Source of the DNA: Bacteroidota bacterium
GTDB lineage: Bacteria; Bacteroidota; Bacteroidia; Palsa-965
NCBI GenBank assembly: GCA_013288325.1
Contig: JABDCB010000005.1
Span: 16,484-80,483 of the forward strand
Direction: 5' to 3'
Length of the DNA: 64,000 nucleotides
Part shown: in pieces, positions 39,591 to 48,186 of the stretch
Layout: each line of letters starts with the position of its first letter
Numbering within the stretch: position 1 is the first letter of the stretch
Position numbers and translations under genes: made by a program
The notes under the pieces: model-generated
Told to the model about the DNA's origin: nothing
The model's database searches: none
Seen by the model: the letters and a program-made list of their open reading frames with translations, nothing else

Positions 39591-39625
39591 CTTCTGACTT
39601 CTGACTTCTTGCTTCTTACTTCTTA
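39591..39625. repeat. five tandem 7-bp units (cttctga x2, cttcttg, cttctta x2)
   Basis: Read directly from the sequence. The last two units encode the C-terminal ...KK plus the stop of the minus-strand gene. Confidence 0.8.
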
Positions 39626-41664
39626 TGTTGTAATGCCCAGTTCAGGTTATTCTTAGCCAGTTCAAAATCGGGTCTGATACGCAGGGCTTCTTTACAAGCT
39701 TTTATTTCCTCCTCCCAGTTTTCCTGTTGGCCATAACAGGCTCCTATATTGTTCCAGGCTTCGGCAAAATCTTTTTTTAATTTCAATGCTTCCTGAGAAG
39801 CCGTAATACATAATGCATATTTGCCGGCATTGTAATAAGCAAGGCTCAGCTCCAGATAATTTTCGGGCGAAGGCTGGTTGCTTGCTTTTATGATCAGGGC
39901 ATCCAGGTAACTGGTGTTTCCGGCCGGGTGCAAAAGATAATTTTGAGCAATAGGATCGTTGGGCGACAGTTGAAGGGTTTGCTGTGCAGCAGCTTTTAGC
40001 TTATCGGATTGTCCTTGTTGCTGATAAATTTCCATCTGAAGATAACGCCCGTTCAGATGCCCCGGTGAAATGCGGAACAGCTGATCCAACAGATTAAGCG
40101 CTTCCGGAAAACGGTTTTGATTTTTCAAAAAGCGGGCATAATAAAAATAGCATTCCGGGTTCGCCGAGTTTTTTTCTTTAGCTAAAGCCTGGTCACAGGC
40201 CAGGGCTTTTTTAAAATAAGCTTCTGCTTCGGCCGGGTTGCCCTGAGCTTCTTTCAACACACCCATATTGATGTGGAGGTAAGAATAGTAGGGCCACAAT
40301 TCCAACCCCTTTTTAAAATAGATTTCAGCTCCGGCATAATCGCCTTTCTGCATCAGGTTGAGGCCATAATTCATTTGCCCTCTTCCATTCTCAGGGCTTT
40401 TAATGGTTACATCTTTCCACAAACGTTCCTCATCATGCCATACCACATTGCGTTCGTGGGTGCCAAATGCATAGGCGCCTAAAAAAAGAAAGCATACAAT
40501 GCCCAGTACATCTTTATGCATACGCAAAGGAGCCAGGAAAGGCAATTTGCGCAGCAGGATAAATGCCGTCCAGCTTACACTGATAACTAGCCCTACATAG
40601 GGAAAAAACATACGGTGATCGTTCATTACTTCAGCCAGGGGGGTAAGACTGGTTGGAAGCAGGGCCAGAAAAAACCAGCTGAGACCGAAGGCAACCGGTT
40701 TCCAAACTTTTTTCTGAGAAAGCAATAAGATGGAAACCAGCAGGAACAGAAGAAAGATAAAACCAATGATGCATTTGATATCCAGCAACGAAGTGAACGG
40801 TTTCCAGTCGGTATCGGCACTTAGATCAACAGGCAGGAAGAAGGTGTAGAAATACCGGAACAACACAAAGGGCTGTGTGATGAGGTAATTCAATTTGGAT
40901 GTTTCTCCGCCGGGCACCCAGGTTGCGGGTTCCATGATCCGGGTAAAGTAATAACAGCCTATACAGAAAAGGAGGGCAGGAGTTGTTTTAATAAGTATGT
41001 GGCGGATACGGGTAAACAATTTTTCATCGCCCGGTGATTCTTCAAAAAGAAAAACATAGACAGCCAGCATGGGGCCGAACATAACAGCGGTTGGTTTGGC
41101 CAGGGTGCCCAGCGCAACGGGAATGAGATACAGGAAATATCGCCGGCAGAAGGGAGAGCAGGCATAAAGCATAAAGGCTATTACGACAAACAAGGTGCTG
41201 AGGGTATCGGAGCGGGAAATGATATAATTGATAGTTTCCGCATTGGCCGGATGCAACAGATACCAGGCAGTGGCAAAAAGTGCCGTAACGGAAACAGAGG
41301 TTCCGGGTAGTGTTAAGGAGAAAACGGTACGGATCAAAAAGAACATACACACCCCTTGTAAAAGGAAGAGGAGAAAGGTGCTGAAATGAAACCAGAACAT
41401 ATTCTTATCGCCTCCCAGGGCATAATCAATAGCCAGGGTGGTACTTACCAGCGGACGATAGCTCTGATTGCTGGGCAGGGAACTGAAGGTGGTACCATCT
41501 TTAAAAAAGCGGGGAATATTGTGAATATCCCGGATATAAGCATTGTTGACAATAGTATGCGAATCGTCAAAATGAAAAGAATTATGAAAATGATTGGAAT
41601 AGGTAAGAAGCACCCCCAGAAAAAGGCCGACAAATAAGAATGGCAGCTTCCATTTTTGTTGCAT
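39616..41664 (-). CDS. GT-C-type polytopic membrane protein with C-terminal TPR repeats (TMTC/PMT-like putative protein mannosyltransferase)
   Basis: N-terminus 'FHFDDSHTIVNNAYI', about 10 TM helices, and about 250 aa of TPR-like C-terminus ('AEAWNNIGACY...'). Start set at M25; CAAATTTA at 41670-41677 is a minus-strand TAnnTTTG box. Confidence 0.7.
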   Translation of the reverse strand: MQQKWKLPFLFVGLFLGVLLTYSNHFHNSFHFDDSHTIVNNAYIRDIHNIPRFFKDGTTFSSLPSNQSYRPLVSTTLAIDYALGGDKNMFWFHFSTFLLFLLQGVCMFFLIRTVFSLTLPGTSVSVTALFATAWYLLHPANAETINYIISRSDTLSTLFVVIAFMLYACSPFCRRYFLYLIPVALGTLAKPTAVMFGPMLAVYVFLFEESPGDEKLFTRIRHILIKTTPALLFCIGCYYFTRIMEPATWVPGGETSKLNYLITQPFVLFRYFYTFFLPVDLSADTDWKPFTSLLDIKCIIGFIFLLFLLVSILLLSQKKVWKPVAFGLSWFFLALLPTSLTPLAEVMNDHRMFFPYVGLVISVSWTAFILLRKLPFLAPLRMHKDVLGIVCFLFLGAYAFGTHERNVVWHDEERLWKDVTIKSPENGRGQMNYGLNLMQKGDYAGAEIYFKKGLELWPYYSYLHINMGVLKEAQGNPAEAEAYFKKALACDQALAKEKNSANPECYFYYARFLKNQNRFPEALNLLDQLFRISPGHLNGRYLQMEIYQQQGQSDKLKAAAQQTLQLSPNDPIAQNYLLHPAGNTSYLDALIIKASNQPSPENYLELSLAYYNAGKYALCITASQEALKLKKDFAEAWNNIGACYGQQENWEEEIKACKEALRIRPDFELAKNNLNWALQHKK

Positions 41665-41828
41665 AATGGCAAATTTATGCAATTGGAGAGAATGGCTCTT
41701 TAAAAGATATGCGACAATTGCGTAGGCCAGGAACAAACCTGATCACGGTAATGATTGTTTGGATCAAAATATAAGATCAATTAGTGAGTAAATTAAACTT
41801 AGATACAAAAGTTGGGTTTACCAGTGAA

Positions 41829-42227
41829 AACATCCCGATTACTAAAGGAATTTCCTTGATTGCTAAAGGAACTTCCTTGATTGCTAAAGGAATCATCCCG
41901 ATTACTAAAGGAATTTCCTTGATTGCTAAAGGAATCATCCCGATTACTAAAGGAATTTCCTTGATTGCTAAAGGAATCATCCCGATTGCTAAAGGAATTT
42001 CCTTGATTGCTAAAGGAAACATCCTGATTGCTAAAGAAATTTCCTTGATTGCTAAAGGAAACATCCTGATTGCTAAAGAAATTTCCTTGATTGCTAAAGG
42101 AACTTCCTTGATTGCTAAAGGAAACATCCTGATTGCTAAAGAAATTTCCTTGATTGCTAAAGGAAACATCCCGATTGCTAAAGGAACTTCCTTGATTGCT
42201 AAAGGAAACATCCTGAATCAAGAGGTA
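41829..42227. repeat. tandem array of 21-bp units: 18 complete copies plus a partial 19th
   Basis: Units parsed by hand into two subtypes. Subtype A is a[at]catcc[ct]gatt[ag]ctaaag[ga]a (8 copies). Subtype B is a[tc]ttccttgattgctaaagga (10 copies). The subtypes mostly alternate. Confidence 0.97.
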
Positions 42228-42298
42228 GGGAAGTCGAGACCTAAAATTATCACTGGCCCGGAAACGGTTTCTTTTCATTCCGAAGTCCGATTTTCCCT

Positions 42299-42306
42299 TA
42301 TCTTTG
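42299..42306 (+). promoter_or_regulatory. -7 box (TAnnTTTG) for tatC
   Basis: TATCTTTG lies about 75 bp downstream of the repeat array and 49 nt upstream of the ATG at 42355. Confidence 0.45.
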
Positions 42307-42354
42307 CGCCCTTAAATGGCGCTATTCGGCAAATCTACTGGTAAAGACAACGAA

Positions 42355-43149
42355 ATGTCCTTCCTCGATCATATCGAGGTATTGCGCTGGCATTTAGTAC
42401 GTTCGGCTATTGTGGTGGTTATCATGGCCGTCGTTCTTTTCTGTTATAACAACATTGTTTTCGACGTTATCATATTCGGTCCCAAGCGCCCCGATTTTAT
42501 CACCTATCGTGTTTTATGTAAGCTGGGACATATGTTTCTTCACAACGATTCCATGTGTATCGGGGTGGCACATTATGAACTGGTAAATCTGGAATTGTCG
42601 GGTCAGTTTACCACGCATATCTGGATCTCCCTGGTAGGTGGATTGATCTTGTCCGTCCCCTATCTGGTATGGGAAGTATGGCGTTTTATTAAGCCGGCAC
42701 TTAAACTGAAAGAAAAAACGGCTGCAAGGGGTTTTGTATTGTATGCCTCCCTGTTGTTCGTAATAGGTATCCTTTTCAGCTATTTTGTCATTGTGCCCAT
42801 GACGGTCAGTTTTCTGGGATCGTATCAGATGAGTACGTTGGTGGAAAACCGGATTTCCATGGATTCCTATATATCGCTGGTTACCACCCTTACACTGGCC
42901 ATGGGATTGGTATTTGAATTGCCTATCCTGGTTTATTTCCTAACCAAGATCGGATTGCTGAGTCCTGCTTTTATGAGTCACTACCGCAAACATGCCATTG
43001 TGGTGATTCTTATTGTAGCGGCATTCATTACCCCGTCGCCCGATATTACCTCTCAATTATTGGTTGCATTCCCCTTATATTTGCTTTATGAAGTAAGTAT
43101 ACTTGTTGCAAAACGAGTGGATAAGAAAAAAGCTAAAACAGCTGCCTGA
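42355..43149 (+). CDS. tatC: twin-arginine translocase subunit TatC
   Basis: 'MSFLDHIEVLRWHL' and six TM helices. The ATG at 42355 is preferred over 42316. Confidence 0.92.
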   Translation: MSFLDHIEVLRWHLVRSAIVVVIMAVVLFCYNNIVFDVIIFGPKRPDFITYRVLCKLGHMFLHNDSMCIGVAHYELVNLELSGQFTTHIWISLVGGLILSVPYLVWEVWRFIKPALKLKEKTAARGFVLYASLLFVIGILFSYFVIVPMTVSFLGSYQMSTLVENRISMDSYISLVTTLTLAMGLVFELPILVYFLTKIGLLSPAFMSHYRKHAIVVILIVAAFITPSPDITSQLLVAFPLYLLYEVSILVAKRVDKKKAKTAA

Positions 43150-43490
43150 TGTCTGAAGCCATAAACGAATTCAACGCCTACCGGGAAAAGATGAATGAAA
43201 AGATTCTCGGGGCTGATAATATTGTCCTCAAACGTCTTTTTAACCTGGATACCAATACCTATCAGGAAGGGGCTTTGCCGGTTAAAACAAAAGAGATGCT
43301 TGGTTTGGTGGCTTCCATGGTATTGCGTTGCGATGATTGTATCAAATATCATCTGGGCAAGTGCAAGGAAAGCGGAGTGAGTACTGCCGAGCTGTTTGAA
43401 GTATTTGCTGTTGCCAATATTGTGGGTGGAACGATTGTGATTCCGCATACCCGCCGGGCGGTTGAATATTGGGAGGAGTTACAGAAGTAA
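43149..43490 (+). CDS. carboxymuconolactone decarboxylase (AhpD-like) family protein
   Basis: 113 aa with the CxxC motif 'RCDDCIKYH'. The start overlaps the tatC stop (TGATG). Confidence 0.8.
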   Translation: MSEAINEFNAYREKMNEKILGADNIVLKRLFNLDTNTYQEGALPVKTKEMLGLVASMVLRCDDCIKYHLGKCKESGVSTAELFEVFAVANIVGGTIVIPHTRRAVEYWEELQK

Positions 43491-43536
43491 AGATCAGCAT
43501 TCTGTTTTTCAAGCTTAAATTTGCAGACCAATTCCT

Positions 43537-44262
43537 ATGCTTCTCCGGGCCGACAATATCATTAAAAAATACAGAAACCGTACGGTTGTAAAAGGCGTGT
43601 CTTTCCAGGTAAAACAAGGAGAGATTGTAGGTTTGCTGGGTCCCAACGGAGCCGGAAAAACCACTTCGTTTTATATGGTGGTGGGAATGATCAAACCCAA
43701 TTCGGGCAGTATTTTTCTGGATGATCAGGATATTACCCAGGAGCCCATGTATCGCCGGGCACAACGTGGCATCGGTTATCTGGCTCAGGAAGCATCTGTT
43801 TTCCGGAAACTGAGCGTAGAAGATAATATCAAGGCCATTCTGGAAATGACTCAGATACCCAAGAACGAGCAGAAGGAAAAATGTGAAATGCTGTTGGAAG
43901 AATTCGGGTTACAGCATATCCGTAAAAGTCTGGGCGACCGGCTTTCAGGTGGAGAACGTAGAAGAACGGAAATAGCCCGTTGTCTGGCAGTTAATCCCAA
44001 ATTTATTTTGCTGGATGAACCTTTTGCCGGTGTAGATCCTATTGCGGTAGAAGATATTCAGGCGGTGGTAGGACGTTTGAAGGAAAAAAATATCGGCATC
44101 CTCATCACCGACCACAATGTACATGAAACATTATCCATCACCGAGCGGGCCTATCTTCTTTTTGAAGGCAGTATTCTGAAGGCAGGCACAGCCGAAGAAC
44201 TGGCCAATGATGAGCAGGTGAGAAAAGTATACCTCGGAAAAAATTTCGAACTCAGAAAGTAA
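43537..44262 (+). CDS. lptB: LPS export ABC transporter ATP-binding protein
   Basis: Walker A 'GPNGAGKTT', signature 'LSGGERRR' and Walker B 'ILLDEP'. 241 aa. Confidence 0.92.
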   Translation: MLLRADNIIKKYRNRTVVKGVSFQVKQGEIVGLLGPNGAGKTTSFYMVVGMIKPNSGSIFLDDQDITQEPMYRRAQRGIGYLAQEASVFRKLSVEDNIKAILEMTQIPKNEQKEKCEMLLEEFGLQHIRKSLGDRLSGGERRRTEIARCLAVNPKFILLDEPFAGVDPIAVEDIQAVVGRLKEKNIGILITDHNVHETLSITERAYLLFEGSILKAGTAEELANDEQVRKVYLGKNFELRK

Positions 44263-44282
44263 CCCCGGTCTTCAGACCGGGG
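44263..44282. terminator. GC-rich hairpin between convergent lptB and purS
   Basis: ccccggtc, then ttca, then gaccgggg. No clear U tract on either side. Confidence 0.55.
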
Positions 44283-44301
44283 AAGCGGGGGGAGTTTATG
44301 A

Positions 44302-44553
44302 TTAATTCTCTGCGATCTCAAATTCATAAAACTCCATAATCTGGTTGCAGAGGAGTTTCTTACAGGCATCATCCACTTTTTTCCTGGCTTCGTCTTTTGA
44401 CCCGGCTTCCACTTCCAGGCTGATATGCTTGCCTATACGTACCTGTTGTATTTCGGCCAGTCCCAGGTTTTTCATGCTGCGTGTAACGGCTTTGCCCTGT
44501 GGATCCAGCAATGCTTTAAGCGGCATTACATCTATTTCAGCTCTGAATTTCAT
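44302..44553 (-). CDS. purS: phosphoribosylformylglycinamidine synthase subunit PurS
   Basis: 83 aa with 'LDPQGKAV' and the characteristic PurS length. Confidence 0.88.
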   Translation of the reverse strand: MKFRAEIDVMPLKALLDPQGKAVTRSMKNLGLAEIQQVRIGKHISLEVEAGSKDEARKKVDDACKKLLCNQIMEFYEFEIAEN

Positions 44554-45388
44554 TTCCGCGTTTGTTTAGAAGATTATTTACAATGGATAAAAAGATGTAC
44601 AAAAATAAGATAATAGGGATAGCGAGATAGAGGAATATTATCAACAATACCAAGGCGCTTAGGATGAACAAATAACGAAGTTCATTGCCTTTCCACCCGA
44701 AATTTTTGAATTTAAGGGCAAACAAGGGAATAGGAGCCACCAGCAAAAAGGATTGAAGAACAGTCAAACCAATCAGGAACCAGGGAGTGAGAATGTATTC
44801 GGAAAGCCTGGAGCTGGGCTCCACGGCATTGATAGCCAGTTTAAAAATAGAAAGAGGAGCAGGGGTGCCTGTTACATCGGGTGAGGGGAGGTGTAAAAAA
44901 AGCGGAATGGAACAAATCAAAATCGTATTGGCCGGCGTGGGTAAGCCAATAAAAGAATCATGCTGACGGGGATCGATATTAAAGTTGGCCAGACGAAGTG
45001 CAGAGAATATAGTGACCAGGAATCCGCAAAATGGAAGCCACATGGGGTAGGGATTACCGGCCTGCATATCGCCGTTAAATAAATTGCCCAGATCAAAATG
45101 AGCAATGGTATGTTGTAAAATACTGAGACTGATTAGCTGAAACAACATCACCCCGGGCAGGAATCCAAAGCTCACCATATCGGCCAGCGAATCCAGTTGT
45201 TTCCCAAATTCACCGCTCACTCCCAGCATACGGGCAAACAAGCCATCAAAAAAGTCGAGGAATGCAGCCAGCCCTACCATATAAGCGGCCCACACCAGAT
45301 TGCCCTGAAAAGCAAATACCACCCCCAGACAACCGCAAAAAAGATTGCCGCAGGTAATGCTATTGGGAACAAAGGCTTTGAAATTCAC
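44537..45388 (-). CDS. pssA: CDP-alcohol phosphatidyltransferase (phosphatidylserine synthase-like)
   Basis: Motif 'DFFDGLFARMLGVSGEFGKQLDSLADMV' (DGx2ARx8Gx3Dx3D). Confidence 0.75.
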   Translation of the reverse strand: MNFKAFVPNSITCGNLFCGCLGVVFAFQGNLVWAAYMVGLAAFLDFFDGLFARMLGVSGEFGKQLDSLADMVSFGFLPGVMLFQLISLSILQHTIAHFDLGNLFNGDMQAGNPYPMWLPFCGFLVTIFSALRLANFNIDPRQHDSFIGLPTPANTILICSIPLFLHLPSPDVTGTPAPLSIFKLAINAVEPSSRLSEYILTPWFLIGLTVLQSFLLVAPIPLFALKFKNFGWKGNELRYLFILSALVLLIIFLYLAIPIILFLYIFLSIVNNLLNKRGNEIQS

Positions 45389-45422
45389 AGGGCGAATTTA
45401 GTCAAAAACAGCATACTGCTTT

Positions 45423-45490
45423 CCTCCCCCTTGCCCCCTCCAGAGGGGGACACGGTTTTCTATCCCCCTTTGGAGGGGGCAAGGGGGAGG
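45423..45490. repeat. long GC-rich hairpin: 20-bp perfect arms, a G-T wobble and a 7-bp inner stem
   Basis: cctcccccttgccccctcca (45423-45442) pairs with tggagggggcaagggggagg (45471-45490). The inner stem is aggggga/tccccct. The loop is 12 nt. Confidence 0.9.
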
Positions 45491-45492
45491 AC

Positions 45493-46932
45493 TTACAATC
45501 CCGTATTTTCATAAAGAACCAAATACACCTCCCCCTCCCTAAACTCTTTGACCAGCTTCCATTTCGTTTTTATTTCTTCTATCTGAGGCAGCAAATCCGT
45601 ATTACAAACATTGGAGTGGAGGTAGTAATGAAATTTACTGACGGGTCCATCGAGTGCGTTGGTATAATGACAGTTGAAATCGAAATAGGCGATTATATCC
45701 GGAGTAGAACCTGGGCTCAGATAAGTTTCGGCAGGAGAATAGATCAAAGGGAATTGTGTTCCGATATTATAAGGAGACAGCTGTTTGTCTCGCAAGCTAT
45801 GCGTATAGATATATTCCCTCATTTGTTGTTCCAGGCTAAAGAAGGGTAATACTTTCAAACTGGTATCCCATTCATTACTGAGTCGTTCGGGATAGATCCA
45901 GAAATTGCCACTTACTAAAACGATAGCGATTAGCAATACAGAGATTCTCTGATAAGTAGTTTTCCATTGTTGTATCAGATAACAAACTGGCAGGATAAGT
46001 AATGCAAATACCGGCATGAAATACCGTGCACCGATGGGGTTGGAAAGGGGGATGAGCAATAGGGAGAAAAAGAAAAGAGGAGGCAGGAGCAGGCGCAGGA
46101 GGCGGTAAAAAACGGGATCCTTGGAACCGGCTTTTCGGAAATAGACAATGGCTGCAGCCAGAAAAAGCCAGAGGATGATTCGTCCGGAATCAGCCAGTTT
46201 CCAGAGTACAAGCATGACATGTTTTAGCATGATGGTTATGCTCACGCCATGTTCATCCGTTTTTTCTCTCCACGGGGAAAAGAAATACCAGCCTGTAACA
46301 GCGTGATGATACAGAAACCACACTGCGCTAAAGACAAATACAGGCAGCCAGGCAAACACTTTGTTTTTATTCCATCGTTCGGAAGGAGAGGCGAACAGGA
46401 AATCCATAATCAGCAAGGAAGCTGCTGCCGGCAATCCGCGCATATTGCAAAAGACCAGCAGGATAAGAAAGATGGAGAACAACAGCCGTTTGTTTTCCAA
46501 CAAGGCCATCAATGCCAGCAGAAAAAATGCCAGGAGCATCAGATCCGGTGCTGCCAATATACTTTGGGTAATGAAACAAGGCTCGAGAAATAATAACAAC
46601 AGGGCAACCGAAAGCATGGTATTGTTCAAAAACCGCCGGCCTATGCGATAAAAAGCAAATACACTGCCCAGCAAAAAAGGAAGCAAGGCGAGATGGACAG
46701 ACAAAAGACCGGTGCCGCATAACCGGAAAAAAAGAGATAGCCAGGCAGCATAAAAAGGAAAGCCTCCTGTATCCAATGATTCGGGAATATGAAAAGGGGT
46801 AAACTCCTTTCCGCCTTTTAATACCGGCAGGGCATAATACACACTATCCCAGAAAAGCGGAATGCCTGAAGCGACAAGAGTAAGCAGGAGACAGATCAGA
46901 AAAGCAAGGGCCAACGGAAGATTAAGCTTCAT
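45493..46932 (-). CDS. polytopic membrane protein, ArnT/GT-C-like (function unknown)
   Basis: 479 aa with 10 or more hydrophobic helices and a soluble C-terminal domain of about 130 aa. I found no diagnostic motif. Confidence 0.5.
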   Translation of the reverse strand: MKLNLPLALAFLICLLLTLVASGIPLFWDSVYYALPVLKGGKEFTPFHIPESLDTGGFPFYAAWLSLFFRLCGTGLLSVHLALLPFLLGSVFAFYRIGRRFLNNTMLSVALLLLFLEPCFITQSILAAPDLMLLAFFLLALMALLENKRLLFSIFLILLVFCNMRGLPAAASLLIMDFLFASPSERWNKNKVFAWLPVFVFSAVWFLYHHAVTGWYFFSPWREKTDEHGVSITIMLKHVMLVLWKLADSGRIILWLFLAAAIVYFRKAGSKDPVFYRLLRLLLPPLFFFSLLLIPLSNPIGARYFMPVFALLILPVCYLIQQWKTTYQRISVLLIAIVLVSGNFWIYPERLSNEWDTSLKVLPFFSLEQQMREYIYTHSLRDKQLSPYNIGTQFPLIYSPAETYLSPGSTPDIIAYFDFNCHYTNALDGPVSKFHYYLHSNVCNTDLLPQIEEIKTKWKLVKEFREGEVYLVLYENTGL

Positions 46933-47092
46933 AAAGGGCTTTCTGAGGATGAAAATTCCGTAAATGGACTAAGAACCGTATAAATTTAAGCTTTTGAACC
47001 TGAATTCTTTAGGAAAGGTAATAAAACCCCTCTTTTATGCGTTTGAGGAAGGATCAAATTGGTTTTTTTTCTCTATTTTTATAGTCTGATCT

Positions 47093-48181
47093 ATGCTGAA
47101 ATCCAATAAATTACTCCTTGCCGGTCTTTTTTGTTTAACCGCGTTATTTTCTGTTGGTCAAACCAGTGCTCCTAAGTATAGTAATGAGTTTCTGGATGTT
47201 GGGGTAGGTGCACGGGCCTTGGGAATGTCAAATGCTCAGGTGGCATCGGTCAATGATGTAACTGCAGGCTATTGGAATCCAGCTGGTCTTACCGGTATCA
47301 CCACCACATTCAGCCTGGGGCTGATGCACAGCGAATATTTTGCCGGTATTGCCAAATACGATTACGCCGGTTTTGCCAAACGGATTGATACCAACAGTGT
47401 ATTTGCCGTAAGTATGATTCGTTTTGGGGTGGATAATATCCCGAATACCACCGAACTTATTGATGCCAATGGAAATGTAAACTATGATAATGTAAGCACG
47501 TTCAGCTCGGCCGATTATGCCTTTTTGCTTTCCTATGCCCGTGTGACCAAGATAAAGGGACTACGCTATGGAGGCAACGTTAAGATCATCCGTCGTGTGG
47601 TTGGTGATTTTGCCGGGGCCTGGGGTTTTGGTTTTGATCTGGGTGCACAATACGATTATAAGAAATGGAAGTTCGGGGCCATGTTCAGGGATGTGACATC
47701 TACCTTCAACGCCTGGAGTTTTAACCTGAGTGATGCCATGATACAAGCCTTTAAGCAGACACTTAACACGTTGCCAACAAACTCCGTGGAGGTAACACTC
47801 CCCCGTATGCTTTTAGGTGCAGCGCGGAAATATGAATTCGGAAACGGACGCTACTCCATTATGCCGGAAGTGGATGTGGATGTTACATTTGACGGACAGC
47901 GGAATGTGTTGCTGCATTCATCTGCTGCCAGTGCCGATCCGCATATGGGGATAGAAGCAGGATATAAAAACATGATTTTCCTTCGCGGAGGAATCGGTAA
48001 TATTCAAACAGAAACAGATATTTCGGGGAATAAGTTTACCAGTTTTATGCCCAACATTGGTGTAGGGATAAAATTCAAAGCTTTTACCCTTGATTACGCA
48101 CTGACAGATATAGGCGATCAAAGTGTTGCCTTATATTCCAACGTATTTTCCCTTAAACTCGATCTTAATCACCGTAACTAA
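47093..48181 (+). CDS. PorV/PorQ-family outer-membrane beta-barrel protein (T9SS-associated)
   Basis: Signal peptide, then 'VGARALGMSNAQVASVNDVTAGYWNPAGL', the PorV/PorQ N-terminal signature. Alternating beta-strand pattern and an aromatic-rich C-terminus. Confidence 0.75.
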   Translation: MLKSNKLLLAGLFCLTALFSVGQTSAPKYSNEFLDVGVGARALGMSNAQVASVNDVTAGYWNPAGLTGITTTFSLGLMHSEYFAGIAKYDYAGFAKRIDTNSVFAVSMIRFGVDNIPNTTELIDANGNVNYDNVSTFSSADYAFLLSYARVTKIKGLRYGGNVKIIRRVVGDFAGAWGFGFDLGAQYDYKKWKFGAMFRDVTSTFNAWSFNLSDAMIQAFKQTLNTLPTNSVEVTLPRMLLGAARKYEFGNGRYSIMPEVDVDVTFDGQRNVLLHSSAASADPHMGIEAGYKNMIFLRGGIGNIQTETDISGNKFTSFMPNIGVGIKFKAFTLDYALTDIGDQSVALYSNVFSLKLDLNHRN

Positions 48182-48186
48182 TTCAA

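Noticed and set aside
41829-42227. Considered whether the repeat array is a CRISPR array
   Set aside because: The period is 21 bp and there are no unique spacers. Adjacent units are variants of one another, and no cas genes are present in the window.
45197-45514. 105-aa plus-strand ORF ('...PPPEGDTVFYPPLEGARGR...')
   Set aside because: It is antisense to pssA, and its C-terminus is the translated GC-rich hairpin. It has no independent support.
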